64,000 bases of DNA from an uncultured Candidatus Saccharibacteria bacterium. GTDB lineage: Bacteria; Patescibacteriota; Minisyncoccia; Phycocordibacterales; SBAW01. Position 1 is the stretch's first letter. The number at the start of each line of letters is the position of its first letter. The notes under the pieces were generated by a model. The model was not told the DNA's origin and ran no database searches. It saw only the letters and a list, made by a program, of their open reading frames with translations. A program made the position numbers and the translations under genes. Positions 37,612-47,495 of this stretch are shown here, in pieces. The stretch lies in NCBI GenBank assembly GCA_964650645.1, contig CAZYUH010000001.1, positions 15,373-79,372 on the forward strand. Reading direction: 5' to 3'.

Positions 37612-39396
37612 CTAGTCCGATTTGACCATCTTCAGGAAGACATCCTCGGGGATATTGACCCTCCCGCGCTCCTTCATCTTTGATTTCCCCTTCTTCTGCT
37701 TCTCGCGCAGCTTCATCTTGCGCGTTATGTCGCCGCCGTACATGTGCTGGGTCACGTCCTTGCTCATGGCCGAAAGGGTCTTTGACGATAGGATGCGCCC
37801 GGTAGCGACGCCCTGGATTTTCGTGGCGAACATCTGGCGCGGCAGGATTTTATACAGCTTCTCGACCGCCGCCACGGCCTCCTCGTAGGCGCGGTGCGTT
37901 GCCACGATGCGCGTGAACGCCGGCACCGGCTCGTCGGCCACCAATATATCGAGCCTCGTCACCTCAGCGGGCCGCAGTTCCCCTATCTCGTAGGAAATGG
38001 AGGCGTAGCCCGAGGTCGCGGACTTCACCTTGTCGAAGAAGTTGCGCATGAGCTCGCGCAGAGGCATCACCACCTTCACCATCATGCGGTCCTCGCTGAA
38101 GCGGTCGGTGGACTGCACCGCGGCCTCGTGCTCGTACAGGAGCGGAAGGAGCGAGCCCAGGTAGTCCGAGGGCACCAGGATCTCGGCTTCGACGTAGGGC
38201 TCCCACACGCGCGCCGCGTCGCCGTGGTCGGGAAACAGCGGCGGCGAGTACACGACGACGCGCGCGCCGGCTTTCGTCTCCACCTCGTAGGTAATGGTGG
38301 GCGTCGTGACGATGAGCGATATGTTGGACTCGCGGCGCAGGCGCTCGGTGATTATTTCCAAATGGAGCATGCCCAGAAGCCCGCAGCGGAAGCCGCGGCC
38401 CAGCACCCCGGAAGACTCCTCCTCGAACGAGAGCGACGAGTCGGAAAGCCGCAGGCGCCCCAGGGCCTGCTTGAGGCCGGTGAAGTCGTCCTGGCTCTCG
38501 GGGTAGACTGAAGCCCACACGACGGGCCGGGGCTCCGCGTAGCCTTCGAGCGGCGCCTGCCTGCTGCCGCGCGGGCGCACCGTGTCGCCGACGCGCGCGA
38601 AGCCCGACTCCTTGATGCCGGTCACGACGTAGCCGATGGCGCCCGCGGCGAGCTCTTCCACGGGGGCCGGCTGGGGCGAGAACACCCCCACTTCGAGGGC
38701 TAGGAACGTGCGGCCGCTGGCGGCGAACTCGAGCGCGTCGCCCTTCTTAATCGAGCCCGCGAAGTTGCGCAGGAAGACGATGACGCCCTGGTGGTCGGAG
38801 TACTTGAAGTCGAAGATGAGCCCTTTGGGCTCCTTCTCGGGCAGTTCCTTGGGCGGCGGCACGCGCTCTATAACGGCCGCCAAAAGCGCCTCGACGCCCT
38901 CGCCGGTCTTTCCCGAGCACAGGTGTATGTCTTTGGCCTCGACGCCCAGGAGCTTCATGACCTGCTCCTGCACGTCCTCCAGGCGCGCCAGGGGCGAGTC
39001 TATTTTCGAGAGCGCGGGCACGATGACGAGCCCCAATTGCTGGGCGGCGCGCAGGACGGTGAGCGTCTGCGCCTGCACGCCCTGGGTCGCGTCCACGAGC
39101 AGTATGGCGCCCTCGACGGCCGTGAGCGCGCGCGACACCTCGTAGGAGAAGTCGATGTGCCCGGGCGTGTCGATGAGGTTGAGCGCGTACGATTCGCCGC
39201 CGACCGCGTACTTCATGCGCACCGGCTGCATCTTTATGGTGATGCCGCGCTCGCGCTCGAGGTCCATGCTGTCGAGCACCTGGTCGCGCATGCGCCGGGG
39301 CTCGATGGTCTTCGTGGCCTCAAGGAACCTGTCGGCAAGCGTGGACTTGCCGTGGTCGATGTGGGCGATTATGGAAAAGTTTCGTATATGCTTCAC
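37612..39396 (-). CDS. lepA: Elongation factor 4 (LepA)
   Basis: IRNFSIIAHIDHGKSTLADR, DTPGH, YGGDITRK.KL.EKQK.GK. Confidence 0.97.
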   Translation of the reverse strand: MKHIRNFSIIAHIDHGKSTLADRFLEATKTIEPRRMRDQVLDSMDLERERGITIKMQPVRMKYAVGGESYALNLIDTPGHIDFSYEVSRALTAVEGAILLVDATQGVQAQTLTVLRAAQQLGLVIVPALSKIDSPLARLEDVQEQVMKLLGVEAKDIHLCSGKTGEGVEALLAAVIERVPPPKELPEKEPKGLIFDFKYSDHQGVIVFLRNFAGSIKKGDALEFAASGRTFLALEVGVFSPQPAPVEELAAGAIGYVVTGIKESGFARVGDTVRPRGSRQAPLEGYAEPRPVVWASVYPESQDDFTGLKQALGRLRLSDSSLSFEEESSGVLGRGFRCGLLGMLHLEIITERLRRESNISLIVTTPTITYEVETKAGARVVVYSPPLFPDHGDAARVWEPYVEAEILVPSDYLGSLLPLLYEHEAAVQSTDRFSEDRMMVKVVMPLRELMRNFFDKVKSATSGYASISYEIGELRPAEVTRLDILVADEPVPAFTRIVATHRAYEEAVAAVEKLYKILPRQMFATKIQGVATGRILSSKTLSAMSKDVTQHMYGGDITRKMKLREKQKKGKSKMKERGRVNIPEDVFLKMVKSD

Positions 39397-39428
39397 GGGG
39401 AGAATGTAGCATTTTTAGGGCCTGATAA

Positions 39429-41102
39429 CTAGCCTGACACGTCGGTCGGCTCGAGCGCCACGCGGGGCACGCGGCCGAGCCGGCTCTTGAGCGCGGCGTA
39501 CGCCTCCCGTATCTCGGGGTTCTTCAGGAGCACCAGGACCGCGCACGCGGCGCCGAGGCCGGCTATGCCGCCCGCTACCCCCTGCGCCAAGACGCCCGTG
39601 GCGGTGTTGATGTCCACCGCCCGCCCCATGCCGGTAAGGGTGAGGTACGCAGCGGCGCCGCCCAGTATCGCGGACGCCAGGGACTCGAACGTGAGCCTCC
39701 AGAGCGGCGCGAGCGCGATCTTGAAGTCGCGCGCGAGGCACCAGAAGCCCGCAATGAAGCCCGCCCACGACCCCAGCGCCATAGCGAGCGCGAGCATGAG
39801 CACCGTCGTGCCGCCCAGGTCGGCGACGCGCAGCATCTCTTCAAGGACGTCGCGCCACAGGTAGTTGCCGTGGAACACGGCGATGAACAGGAGCGCGGCC
39901 GCCACGGTCGTGCCGACCGTCACGAGGCCGAAGTAGAACGGCTTGCGGGTGTTGCCCGCCGCGTAGTACGCGCGGGCGATGAGCATGGACACCGACTGTG
40001 CGAGGAGGGAGAGGATGAACAGCGCCAGCGCCGCCGCAGTGAGCCTGGTGGCGCCCCAGTCGAACGCGCCCGCGCCCAGTATGGTGCGTACCAGCTGGGC
40101 GCGCAGGACGATGATGAGCGCGGTCGCCGGTATGGCCCAGAAGAACACGTGCCTGAGCGCCACTTCCAGGTGCCGCGCGAACGCGCCCGCGTTCCCGCCC
40201 GCGTAAAGCTTGGAGAGCGTCGGGAACGCCGCGACCGAGTAGGACACGCCGATGATGGCGAGCGGCACCGCCTGCAGGTTCCAGCCGAACATGAACACGG
40301 CTATGGAGCCCGGCGCCATGAACGATGCGAGCGCGGTCAGTATGACGAGCGATATCTGCCCCGCGCCCAGGGAGAGCGTGCGCGGCACTGAAAGCGCGAG
40401 CACGCGGCCAAGCTCGCGCAGGGACTCCCGGGCGGGCATGGGCGCCTGGGGCTTCTCGCGCATGAAGAACGGGAGCTGTACCAGCATGTGCAGGGCCGCG
40501 CCCAGCACGACGCCCCACCCGAGCCCCGCGATGCCCCAGAGCGGGTACAGGAGCAAAATGCCCGCGATGATGCCCACATTGTACAGGAGCGGCGATATCG
40601 AGTAGAGGAAAAAGCGGTGCCGTATCTGCGTGAGGTTCGCGAGGATGTTCGACGCGCCCAGGAATATAGGCTGGAGGAGGAGTATGCGGGTGAGCGTCAC
40701 CAGGTCGGGATTGTCGAGGCCGGGCGCGATGAGCTTGAGGAGCCACGGCGCCGCGGCGAACGCCGCGAGCGATATGGCGCCCATCCCGACGAAGAAGCAC
40801 AGGAGCGTCTGGCGCAGGAACGACACCATTTTCCCCTCGTCGCTCTCGGCCAGCCGCGACAGCACGGGCAGGAGCGCGTACAGCGACAGGAGCGACGCCA
40901 CGCCCGCGAAGAGGAGGTCGGGGATGCGAAAGGCCGCGTAGTACACGTCGAGCGTGTGCCCCGCGCCGAACTGCGCCGCGAAGAGCCTGTCGCGCACCAG
41001 CGCGAGCGACTGCGAGAGCAGGGCGAAGGCCGCCAGCACGTATGCCGCCTGGTGCATGCCGCGCACCTCCCGGCCGATGACGGTTAGAAATTGCCGTACC
41101 AC
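39429..41102 (-). CDS. murJ: Lipid II flippase MurJ
   Basis: FGAG..LD.YYAAFRIPD, multi-TM, RAYYA.GNTRKP. Confidence 0.9.
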   Translation of the reverse strand: MVRQFLTVIGREVRGMHQAAYVLAAFALLSQSLALVRDRLFAAQFGAGHTLDVYYAAFRIPDLLFAGVASLLSLYALLPVLSRLAESDEGKMVSFLRQTLLCFFVGMGAISLAAFAAAPWLLKLIAPGLDNPDLVTLTRILLLQPIFLGASNILANLTQIRHRFFLYSISPLLYNVGIIAGILLLYPLWGIAGLGWGVVLGAALHMLVQLPFFMREKPQAPMPARESLRELGRVLALSVPRTLSLGAGQISLVILTALASFMAPGSIAVFMFGWNLQAVPLAIIGVSYSVAAFPTLSKLYAGGNAGAFARHLEVALRHVFFWAIPATALIIVLRAQLVRTILGAGAFDWGATRLTAAALALFILSLLAQSVSMLIARAYYAAGNTRKPFYFGLVTVGTTVAAALLFIAVFHGNYLWRDVLEEMLRVADLGGTTVLMLALAMALGSWAGFIAGFWCLARDFKIALAPLWRLTFESLASAILGGAAAYLTLTGMGRAVDINTATGVLAQGVAGGIAGLGAACAVLVLLKNPEIREAYAALKSRLGRVPRVALEPTDVSG

Positions 41103-41174
41103 CCCGGTATTTTACCTTATTTTGCAAACTAAAACGCCGCCCGGGATGCCGGGCGGCGTTCCGCGCCTGAGCGC

Positions 41175-43517
41175 TTACTGCTCTATGGGAGCCGAGGGGC
41201 GGCTGGTTACGTCCTGCGCCGCCGAGGGCGCTATGCCGTCGAGCGCCGGCTTGCCCGCCTGCATGTTGGCGATGATGAGCTGGAGCTCCTGGTTGTCCGG
41301 ATTGGCGCGGGCCAGATCGTTGAAGAGCTGGGCGGCCTCCACCTGGCGGTTCTGCGCGTAGTAGCTCAGGCCCAGGAAGTACTTGGCGTTCGCGTAGTCG
41401 CTCTGGAGCTTAATCGCCTGCTCCAGCGCCGGGATGGCGTTTGCGGTGTCGCCGCCGGCGTAGTACAGGAGGCCGAGCTGGAACCATATGGGCGCGACGC
41501 CCGGGGCCGACTGCACCGCGGCCTGCGCCGCCTGCACTGCGGCGTTAAGGTCATTGTTGGCAACATTGAGCTGGACGAGGAAGAGTATCGCGTCGGTGTA
41601 GTTGGGCTTCTGGGTGAGCGAGGCGCGCAGGTAGCCCTCGGTCGCGACGGCGTCGCCCTGGCGGGCCGCGAGGCGCGCGAGCGCGAGCGTGATGGCCGGG
41701 TTGTTCGGGTTGCGCGCCATCGCCGCCTGGTAGGTGGTGCTCGCCTGGTCGTAGGCGCCCGTCACGTTAAGCCCTGCCAGGAAGTCGTAGACCTGGCCCA
41801 TGAGGAAGAACGGGCGGTAGTCGGCCGCATTGAGGCCCGCGGCCTGCTGGCCCGCGGCCAGCGTGGTCTGCAGCGCCTCCTGGAACTCCTGCTGGAGCGC
41901 GTTCTGGTCGCCGTCGGTCACCTGCGCCAGCGAGGCGAGCTTCGAGCCGCCCGCGCTTATCTGCATGCGCAGGGTGTCGCCCGTCGCCTCGATGCCGACC
42001 GCCTTGTCGGCGAGCGCGAGCGCGTCGTCCACCTCGCCCTTCTGGAGCGCTATGGCCGCCTTGCCCACGTACGTCTCGGCGAGCGCGCGACGGGATATGG
42101 TCGCGGACATGGCGAGCGACGCGAGGACAAGCACGGCGCCGAGCGCGAGGGCGCCCATGCGCACGAAGCGCGACGGCATCTCATCGGGAGCGTGCGCCGC
42201 CCTGCCCTGCCTCCACAGGAAGCCGAACGCTGCGCCGGCCATGACAAGCGCCAGGAGTATGAGGTTCTGGCTCGGAACGTAGAAGGCCATGGCCGCCAAA
42301 AGAAGGAGGCTTCCGAAGCCAAGCGCGAGCCCCAGCGCCCTGTCCTCGCGGTTAAGTACCGACATGCGCATGAGCCGTATGACGGCGGCGATAACGAGGA
42401 GGAACGGCAGGACCCACGCGAGCGCGCCGAGGACGCCCACGGTGCCCAGCGCCGTGGTAAGCGTCGAGAATCCGACATTGAAGTCGAGGCTCCAGAACGC
42501 CGACTGGTTGACCTCGGCCGGCTTCTGCGCGAGCCACACTTCGCCGAAGGTATTGGGGCCGACGCCCACTATGGCGCGGGTGAAGCTGCCTTCCCGCACG
42601 GCGGTCAGCGCCTGCGAAGTGGTCTGGTAGGACGGGCGCACCTCGAGCGACGAGACCGGGAAGACCGACGTGAGGCTCGTGTTGAAGAACGGCCCCCACA
42701 TCATGAAGACGATGGAGAGGACGGCGGTCGCTGCGGCGTACCACGGCACGCGCGAGACGAGGCCGCGCTCTGCATGATGCCCCTCGGCATCATCAGCCCT
42801 GCCCTTTATGAACGAGAATACGCCCATGAAGAGCGCGCCGACCAGCAAGAGCGCCCACGCCAGCGAGAAGTTGACGAACGCCAGGAGCGCGACGCACAGG
42901 ACGCCGAGCACGATGGCGCCGGCGCGCATGGCGCGGGACGGACGGCGCATCTCAAGCTCGACGAGAATGAAGAGCCCGAGGATGCCCGCGAGGAGCCCGA
43001 GATCGTTCCATTTGCCCACAAGGTTGACGGAGCGGTCGGCGAACGTGCCGCCCGGAAGGGACGGGCCGAATATGATTGCGATACACTGGAAGAGCGCCGC
43101 CGCCGCAATGGACCAGAACAGGGTGGTGTACAGGAGGCGCGCGGCGCGCTGGGTGCGGAAGAACATCGAGCTGAGCATGAAGGCCATAGCCGCCAGCGAG
43201 GCGAATATCACCGTGTCCCACTCGATGGCGTAGCCGCTCCAGGCGACCGAGCCGTCCAGGGACGCCATGGCCGAGACGACGTACGCCGCAGGCAGAAGAA
43301 GGACGGCGAGCGTGAGCTTGACGCCCGGCGAGCGCAGGAATTCGCGCATGCCGCCGCCGGCGACGAAGAGCACTGCGGCGCCCAAAAGGAGCACGGAAAA
43401 CGCGGCGACCTTCGCTAATTGGAACGGGAACCACGCGGCCGGAATGACGAGCACCAGGGCAAGAACGATACCTGCCAGGAACAAGCCCCGCGACCACGCA
43501 TGGAGTCGTGAGTACAT
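41175..43517 (-). CDS. Polytopic membrane protein (O-antigen ligase-like) with C-terminal TPR repeats
   Basis: About 12 TM helices, GVGPNTF loop, TPR motifs (YANAKYFLGLSY). Confidence 0.8.
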   Translation of the reverse strand: MYSRLHAWSRGLFLAGIVLALVLVIPAAWFPFQLAKVAAFSVLLLGAAVLFVAGGGMREFLRSPGVKLTLAVLLLPAAYVVSAMASLDGSVAWSGYAIEWDTVIFASLAAMAFMLSSMFFRTQRAARLLYTTLFWSIAAAALFQCIAIIFGPSLPGGTFADRSVNLVGKWNDLGLLAGILGLFILVELEMRRPSRAMRAGAIVLGVLCVALLAFVNFSLAWALLLVGALFMGVFSFIKGRADDAEGHHAERGLVSRVPWYAAATAVLSIVFMMWGPFFNTSLTSVFPVSSLEVRPSYQTTSQALTAVREGSFTRAIVGVGPNTFGEVWLAQKPAEVNQSAFWSLDFNVGFSTLTTALGTVGVLGALAWVLPFLLVIAAVIRLMRMSVLNREDRALGLALGFGSLLLLAAMAFYVPSQNLILLALVMAGAAFGFLWRQGRAAHAPDEMPSRFVRMGALALGAVLVLASLAMSATISRRALAETYVGKAAIALQKGEVDDALALADKAVGIEATGDTLRMQISAGGSKLASLAQVTDGDQNALQQEFQEALQTTLAAGQQAAGLNAADYRPFFLMGQVYDFLAGLNVTGAYDQASTTYQAAMARNPNNPAITLALARLAARQGDAVATEGYLRASLTQKPNYTDAILFLVQLNVANNDLNAAVQAAQAAVQSAPGVAPIWFQLGLLYYAGGDTANAIPALEQAIKLQSDYANAKYFLGLSYYAQNRQVEAAQLFNDLARANPDNQELQLIIANMQAGKPALDGIAPSAAQDVTSRPSAPIEQ

Positions 43518-43666
43518 GACTATATATGCTTTAAGAAGCGCACGATGCGCTCCCCTGTTAATGCGAACCTTTTTAACTATACCCCTCGTTCCCGCGCGCA
43601 AAAGGCGCTATGGGGACAATCAAGGAAGGCAAAAACCCCGCTTTAGGCGGGGTTTTTACGTCTGCG

Positions 43667-43945
43667 CGCGCGTCTGTAAGCCGGGTTCTGTCGTGGACAA
43701 TAATTTATCTGGGCCCATGGTCGCCCATGGGCTCGAGCGGCACTCCCGATCGCTCGGGCACGGCCTTGCATCCGGGTAAGGATTTAGCCGTTTCACCTCC
43801 ACCAAAGGAGCTCGTCTCTGTTCGCACCTCTTTTGCCCGCAGGAGCAAATGACAGGGGTTACCTGCTACCCTTTTAACCGATTGCTCGGTAGATGCCCGG
43901 ACTTTCCTCCCGACCCGTTTGGGGCCGAGCTATTGCCTAACGCGC
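43667..43945 (-). ncRNA. rnpB: RNase P RNA (minimal form)
   Basis: GAGGAAAGTCCGGGC near 5' end, ACAGAACCCGGCTTA near 3' end, terminal GCGCGT/ACGCGC pairing; terminator follows. Confidence 0.93.
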
Positions 43946-43950
43946 TGGAC

Positions 43951-44433
43951 CTATTGTACCACGATTTTTACCCCTTCGGCAATGTCATGCCTGCGCGCCC
44001 AGCCGCCCGGCACTTCAAGCACGTAGCGCGCGGGCGTGGGCGGCGCGAACGCCTCTGGGTAGGACTCGGGCCGCGCGTCGTGCGCTATATGGACAACGGT
44101 CCCGTCCGCCGCAACCCACAGCATATCGAGCGGAATGAGCGTGTCTTTCATCCAAAAAGCCCACAAGCCGTCGGCATCGAAGATAAACCACATCCCCTTT
44201 CCCTCCTCCAGGCTCGCGCGGCCGCTAAGCCCGCGCTCGCGCAGGACGGGCGTGTCGGCAACCTCCGCGAGCACGGTCGTCGTGCCTGCGAGCAGCGTGG
44301 CGGTCTTGTATGCGGTGTCCATGGGAGCGGCAGGCGGCCGGAGCGTCGGATGATAATAAAATGCCGCAATAGCGGCGCCAACGGCAACGGCTGCCGCAAG
44401 CGCTCCAACTGCGATATTCCTAAGGGGTGGCAT
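43951..44433 (-). CDS. DUF192 domain protein
   Basis: EVADT...R.RGLS, GM.F.F, FWMKDT..PLD, YVLEV. Confidence 0.9.
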   Translation of the reverse strand: MPPLRNIAVGALAAAVAVGAAIAAFYYHPTLRPPAAPMDTAYKTATLLAGTTTVLAEVADTPVLRERGLSGRASLEEGKGMWFIFDADGLWAFWMKDTLIPLDMLWVAADGTVVHIAHDARPESYPEAFAPPTPARYVLEVPGGWARRHDIAEGVKIVVQ

Positions 44434-44506
44434 GAGCGGCGCTAAAGCTAAAACGGGACAGGCTGAGCCTGTCCCGTCATAGTACCCCCGGCGGAGCAAA
44501 AAGTAA

Positions 44507-44761
44507 TTACGAGAGATGCTTGGAGACGAGCTTGGTCATCTCGAACATGTTGACGGTCTTCTTGCCGTCGAACACCGCCTTGAGCTTGTCGTCAGCATTG
44601 ATGTTGCGCTTGTTCTTCGGGTCCTGGAGATCGTGCTTCTTGATGTAGGCCCAGAGCGCCTTAACGACCTCGGAGCGGGGCATGGGGCCCTTGCCTACCA
44701 CCTCCGCCAAGTCATCGCTGACCTGCATCGGCTTCATGAATGCTGAGTTTTCTTTTGCCAT
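44507..44761 (-). CDS. SWIB/MDM2 domain protein
   Basis: LAEVVG..PMPRSEVVK.LWAYIKKH.LQDP.NKRNI.AD..L. Confidence 0.92.
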   Translation of the reverse strand: MAKENSAFMKPMQVSDDLAEVVGKGPMPRSEVVKALWAYIKKHDLQDPKNKRNINADDKLKAVFDGKKTVNMFEMTKLVSKHLS

Positions 44762-44861
44762 AGCGTAAAGTTACTTATTAAAACAGCCGGGGCTGCTTGT
44801 CCATAAGCCTAGCACCCCCCGCTATAGAGCGCTAGAGGGGGTGTGGAGAGAGCGGGACCCC

Positions 44862-45908
44862 CTATATTCCCCCGCCTGAAGCCTCGCGCGCCCTGAGCGA
44901 AGAGTAGATTTCCAAAAGAGCGAGGCAGAGGCTGAGCGCGAGCGGTCCCAGGAAGAAGCCCAGCGGCCCGAAGAAGGAAAGCCCGCCGAGCACAGCGAGG
45001 AACACCACCAGCGGATGCAGCTGCAAGCCGCGCCCTATGAGCCGGGGGCCCAGCAGATTATCCACCAGCCCCACGGCCGCAACGCCCCACGCAAGAAGCC
45101 CCGCCGCCGCGAGCACGCTCCCGGTAAAGAACAGGTACAGCATGGCGGGCACGAGGACAAGCGACGTCCCGACAGCGGGAACAAGCGCGGCTACGGCCGC
45201 CACGCTGCCCCACAGCGCCGCGTTGGGAATCCCGAAAACAGCGAATCCGATGCCCGTAAGGACGCCCTGGACGAGCCCTATGGTCAGGCTGCCCTTGACG
45301 GAGGCGGACACGGCCGCCTCCAGCCGCGAGGCGATCATCTCGTCGTCGCGGTCGGCAAGGGGGCTCGTTTCGACAAGATAGGCCTTGAGCCGTCCGCCGT
45401 CCTTGAGAAGGAAATAGAAAGCGGTAACGAAGACGAACGTGCTCAGGAGTATCGCGGCCAGGCTCGAGAAGATAGACCCGAGATGCGAGGCAAGGACGCC
45501 GAGCGCCTGCTGCGCGTACCGGCTTACAGAAAGACCCGCTTCTGCATGGAAAGGGAGCTTCGCCTGCACCGCGCCCACTGCCCCCTGAAGGAGCTCGACC
45601 AGGCCGCCAGTCCCCGGCCCCGCAAGGGACGCGTACAATTGGGTCGCTTCCTTGAAGATCTGCGCCCCCAAAAGCCCCATAGGCAGCAGGAGGAGGACTA
45701 TCGCGGCAAGGGTGGTAGCGAGCGCCGCCAGGCTTTCGCGCCCGCCGAAAAGCCGCGAAAGGCGCTTGCGCACCGGCTGGAAGAGGTAGGCGAACACGGC
45801 CGCCAGTATAAGGGGCGTCAGGAAGGGCTTGAGTATGAAGTACACGACGACCAGCGACGCCGCGAGGCAGAAGAGCAGGAAGTAGTTCGAGTAGTGGTCG
45901 TGGCGCAT
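44862..45908 (-). CDS. AI-2E family transporter
   Basis: P.VGT.LV..P, DN.L.PRL.G, HPL...LGGL..FG..G..LGP. Confidence 0.9.
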   Translation of the reverse strand: MRHDHYSNYFLLFCLAASLVVVYFILKPFLTPLILAAVFAYLFQPVRKRLSRLFGGRESLAALATTLAAIVLLLLPMGLLGAQIFKEATQLYASLAGPGTGGLVELLQGAVGAVQAKLPFHAEAGLSVSRYAQQALGVLASHLGSIFSSLAAILLSTFVFVTAFYFLLKDGGRLKAYLVETSPLADRDDEMIASRLEAAVSASVKGSLTIGLVQGVLTGIGFAVFGIPNAALWGSVAAVAALVPAVGTSLVLVPAMLYLFFTGSVLAAAGLLAWGVAAVGLVDNLLGPRLIGRGLQLHPLVVFLAVLGGLSFFGPLGFFLGPLALSLCLALLEIYSSLRAREASGGGI

Positions 45909-46207
45909 GGCGGAATCAAGAAGCGTATGCAAAAGCGGGAAATAGAGCCCGGCGCCGGGGCAGCAAAGCGCCGTAACGGTATCTTAGCAGAATTTTGGGG
46001 GATAAAGCATTCGGATTCCTTTGCTAAATTTGACACCTATTTGAAATTATTGACAAATAATAACCTATTTGCTATACCTCGGATAGAGGGGACATTGGAA
46101 CAGGATGGTGAGGCGAGCGGATTGCGGCTTATGCGGACAGGCCTCAGCCCGCTCGTCTCGCTAAGAGACAAGCCGTAACCGAGCGGCTTCGGTAACAGGC
46201 AAAAAGG

Positions 46208-46918
46208 ATGATTTTGATGCTGGAATCATTGAACGCCTCCGCATCGACGATTGCACGCAACCTTGGAATCAGGCGTTTCTTAACGAAGCCGTCGGGTTAC
46301 GAGCTGGCCCGCAGCATCCTCGGCAAGGATTTCATCACGCCCGAGGACGTCATGAGGTCGCGCAAGGGCGTCGTCTACACGGAGGAACAGCTCTCGCGAC
46401 TCGTCAGCACCGTACCCTCGCGAAAGGTGCTCAAGTGGTGCTACGACAACGAGCACATGCTCGTCGCCGGACCGAGCCGCCCCCTGTCGCTTCTCGAGAT
46501 CCGCGATCTCAAAAGCGACGACTTCTTTGCGAACAAAGGAGGCCGATATGGGGGCGGAGCGTTCGCTAGCACCGACAAGGCTTGCCCTGGCTGGACAACA
46601 ATCCGCAAGAGGCCGCTTCCATGGTCGCACTCAAAGGGCTGGGAGGCGCAGCAGGCCCTTCTGTCCAAAGCGGAAGAGGTTCCCAATGTCGCCGAAGCGG
46701 CATGGGGCGTGACAACCTTCAGGGCCGTCCGCGACACCCACCTGCTCACGGGCGTCTATGTCCGGACGTCGAGCGTGGAATCGGACGGGTTCCATGTTCA
46801 TATCGGCGATTTCGGTCGCGGCGACGGAGGCCTGTGCGTTTGCTACCAAAAGGACAGCTACTGCTACGAACACCTTGGGATAATCTCCAGCCTGAAGCGG
46901 AAGCTCCTTGCGGCCTAA
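46208..46918 (+). CDS. Hypothetical protein, possible CLec-fold (DGR target-like) C-terminus
   Basis: C-terminal VYVRTSS..SDG..V.IG.F...GL.V......LG..SS; TTGACA-17-TATACC promoter upstream. Confidence 0.65.
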   Translation: MILMLESLNASASTIARNLGIRRFLTKPSGYELARSILGKDFITPEDVMRSRKGVVYTEEQLSRLVSTVPSRKVLKWCYDNEHMLVAGPSRPLSLLEIRDLKSDDFFANKGGRYGGGAFASTDKACPGWTTIRKRPLPWSHSKGWEAQQALLSKAEEVPNVAEAAWGVTTFRAVRDTHLLTGVYVRTSSVESDGFHVHIGDFGRGDGGLCVCYQKDSYCYEHLGIISSLKRKLLAA

Positions 46919-47056
46919 GGCTTGACCCTCGACAATCCGGGCCTCCGCGCGAATTTATTCGCCGGAGGCTCTTTCTTTTTGTAAAAAACTGTCCCGGGCG
47001 CGGTTTTCTTCCGCCAGCAAAAGGCGCCCCGGACGCCCATGCTTTTGTTTGTACGG

Positions 47057-47141
47057 CGGAGGCGGTGAGATTCGAACTCACGGTAGGTTGCCCTACGCCG
47101 CCTTTCCAAGGCGGTGCACTAGACCGCTATGCGACGCCTCC
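47057..47141 (-). tRNA. tRNA-Ser(GGA)
   Basis: GGAGGCG...CCGCC-TT-GGA-AA-GGCGG, long variable arm, GTTCGAATC. Confidence 0.95.
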
Positions 47142-47215
47142 AATGCCTGCTAAAAATACCGCTTTTCCGGACAAAAAGAAAGGCCGGGTCCCGTGCGGGG
47201 ACCCGGCTTGCAATC

Positions 47216-47404
47216 TTACGAGCGGTGCGGTTGCGCCTTTTCAGGCGGCCTTACGAAGAGCGCTTCAAGCGCGTCCTTCGGCCCAACGGGCCTTTCAGGG
47301 AATTTTTCCGCCACCTTCTCGTGGCGATTAGTCCGATACTGCCGAACCACTCCCTGATGAATTTCTTTTCCGCCTTTGCGCTTCGTAACGACGACTGCCT
47401 TCAT
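47216..47404 (-). CDS. Small hypothetical protein
   Basis: 62 aa after a TTGACT-17-TATAGT promoter, with downstream terminator hairpin. Confidence 0.45.
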   Translation of the reverse strand: MKAVVVTKRKGGKEIHQGVVRQYRTNRHEKVAEKFPERPVGPKDALEALFVRPPEKAQPHRS

Positions 47405-47495
47405 TTCTTGCCCCACGGGTGCATGGACCACCGGCACTGCGCCGGGTCTAAACTCAACTATATCATACTTGACACTTAAAGTCAAGCATGTCGGA

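Noticed and set aside
24696-47141. Shared sequence between the two tRNA-Ser genes as an att repeat
   Set aside because: Both are complete isoacceptors (CGA, GGA) with housekeeping genes in between
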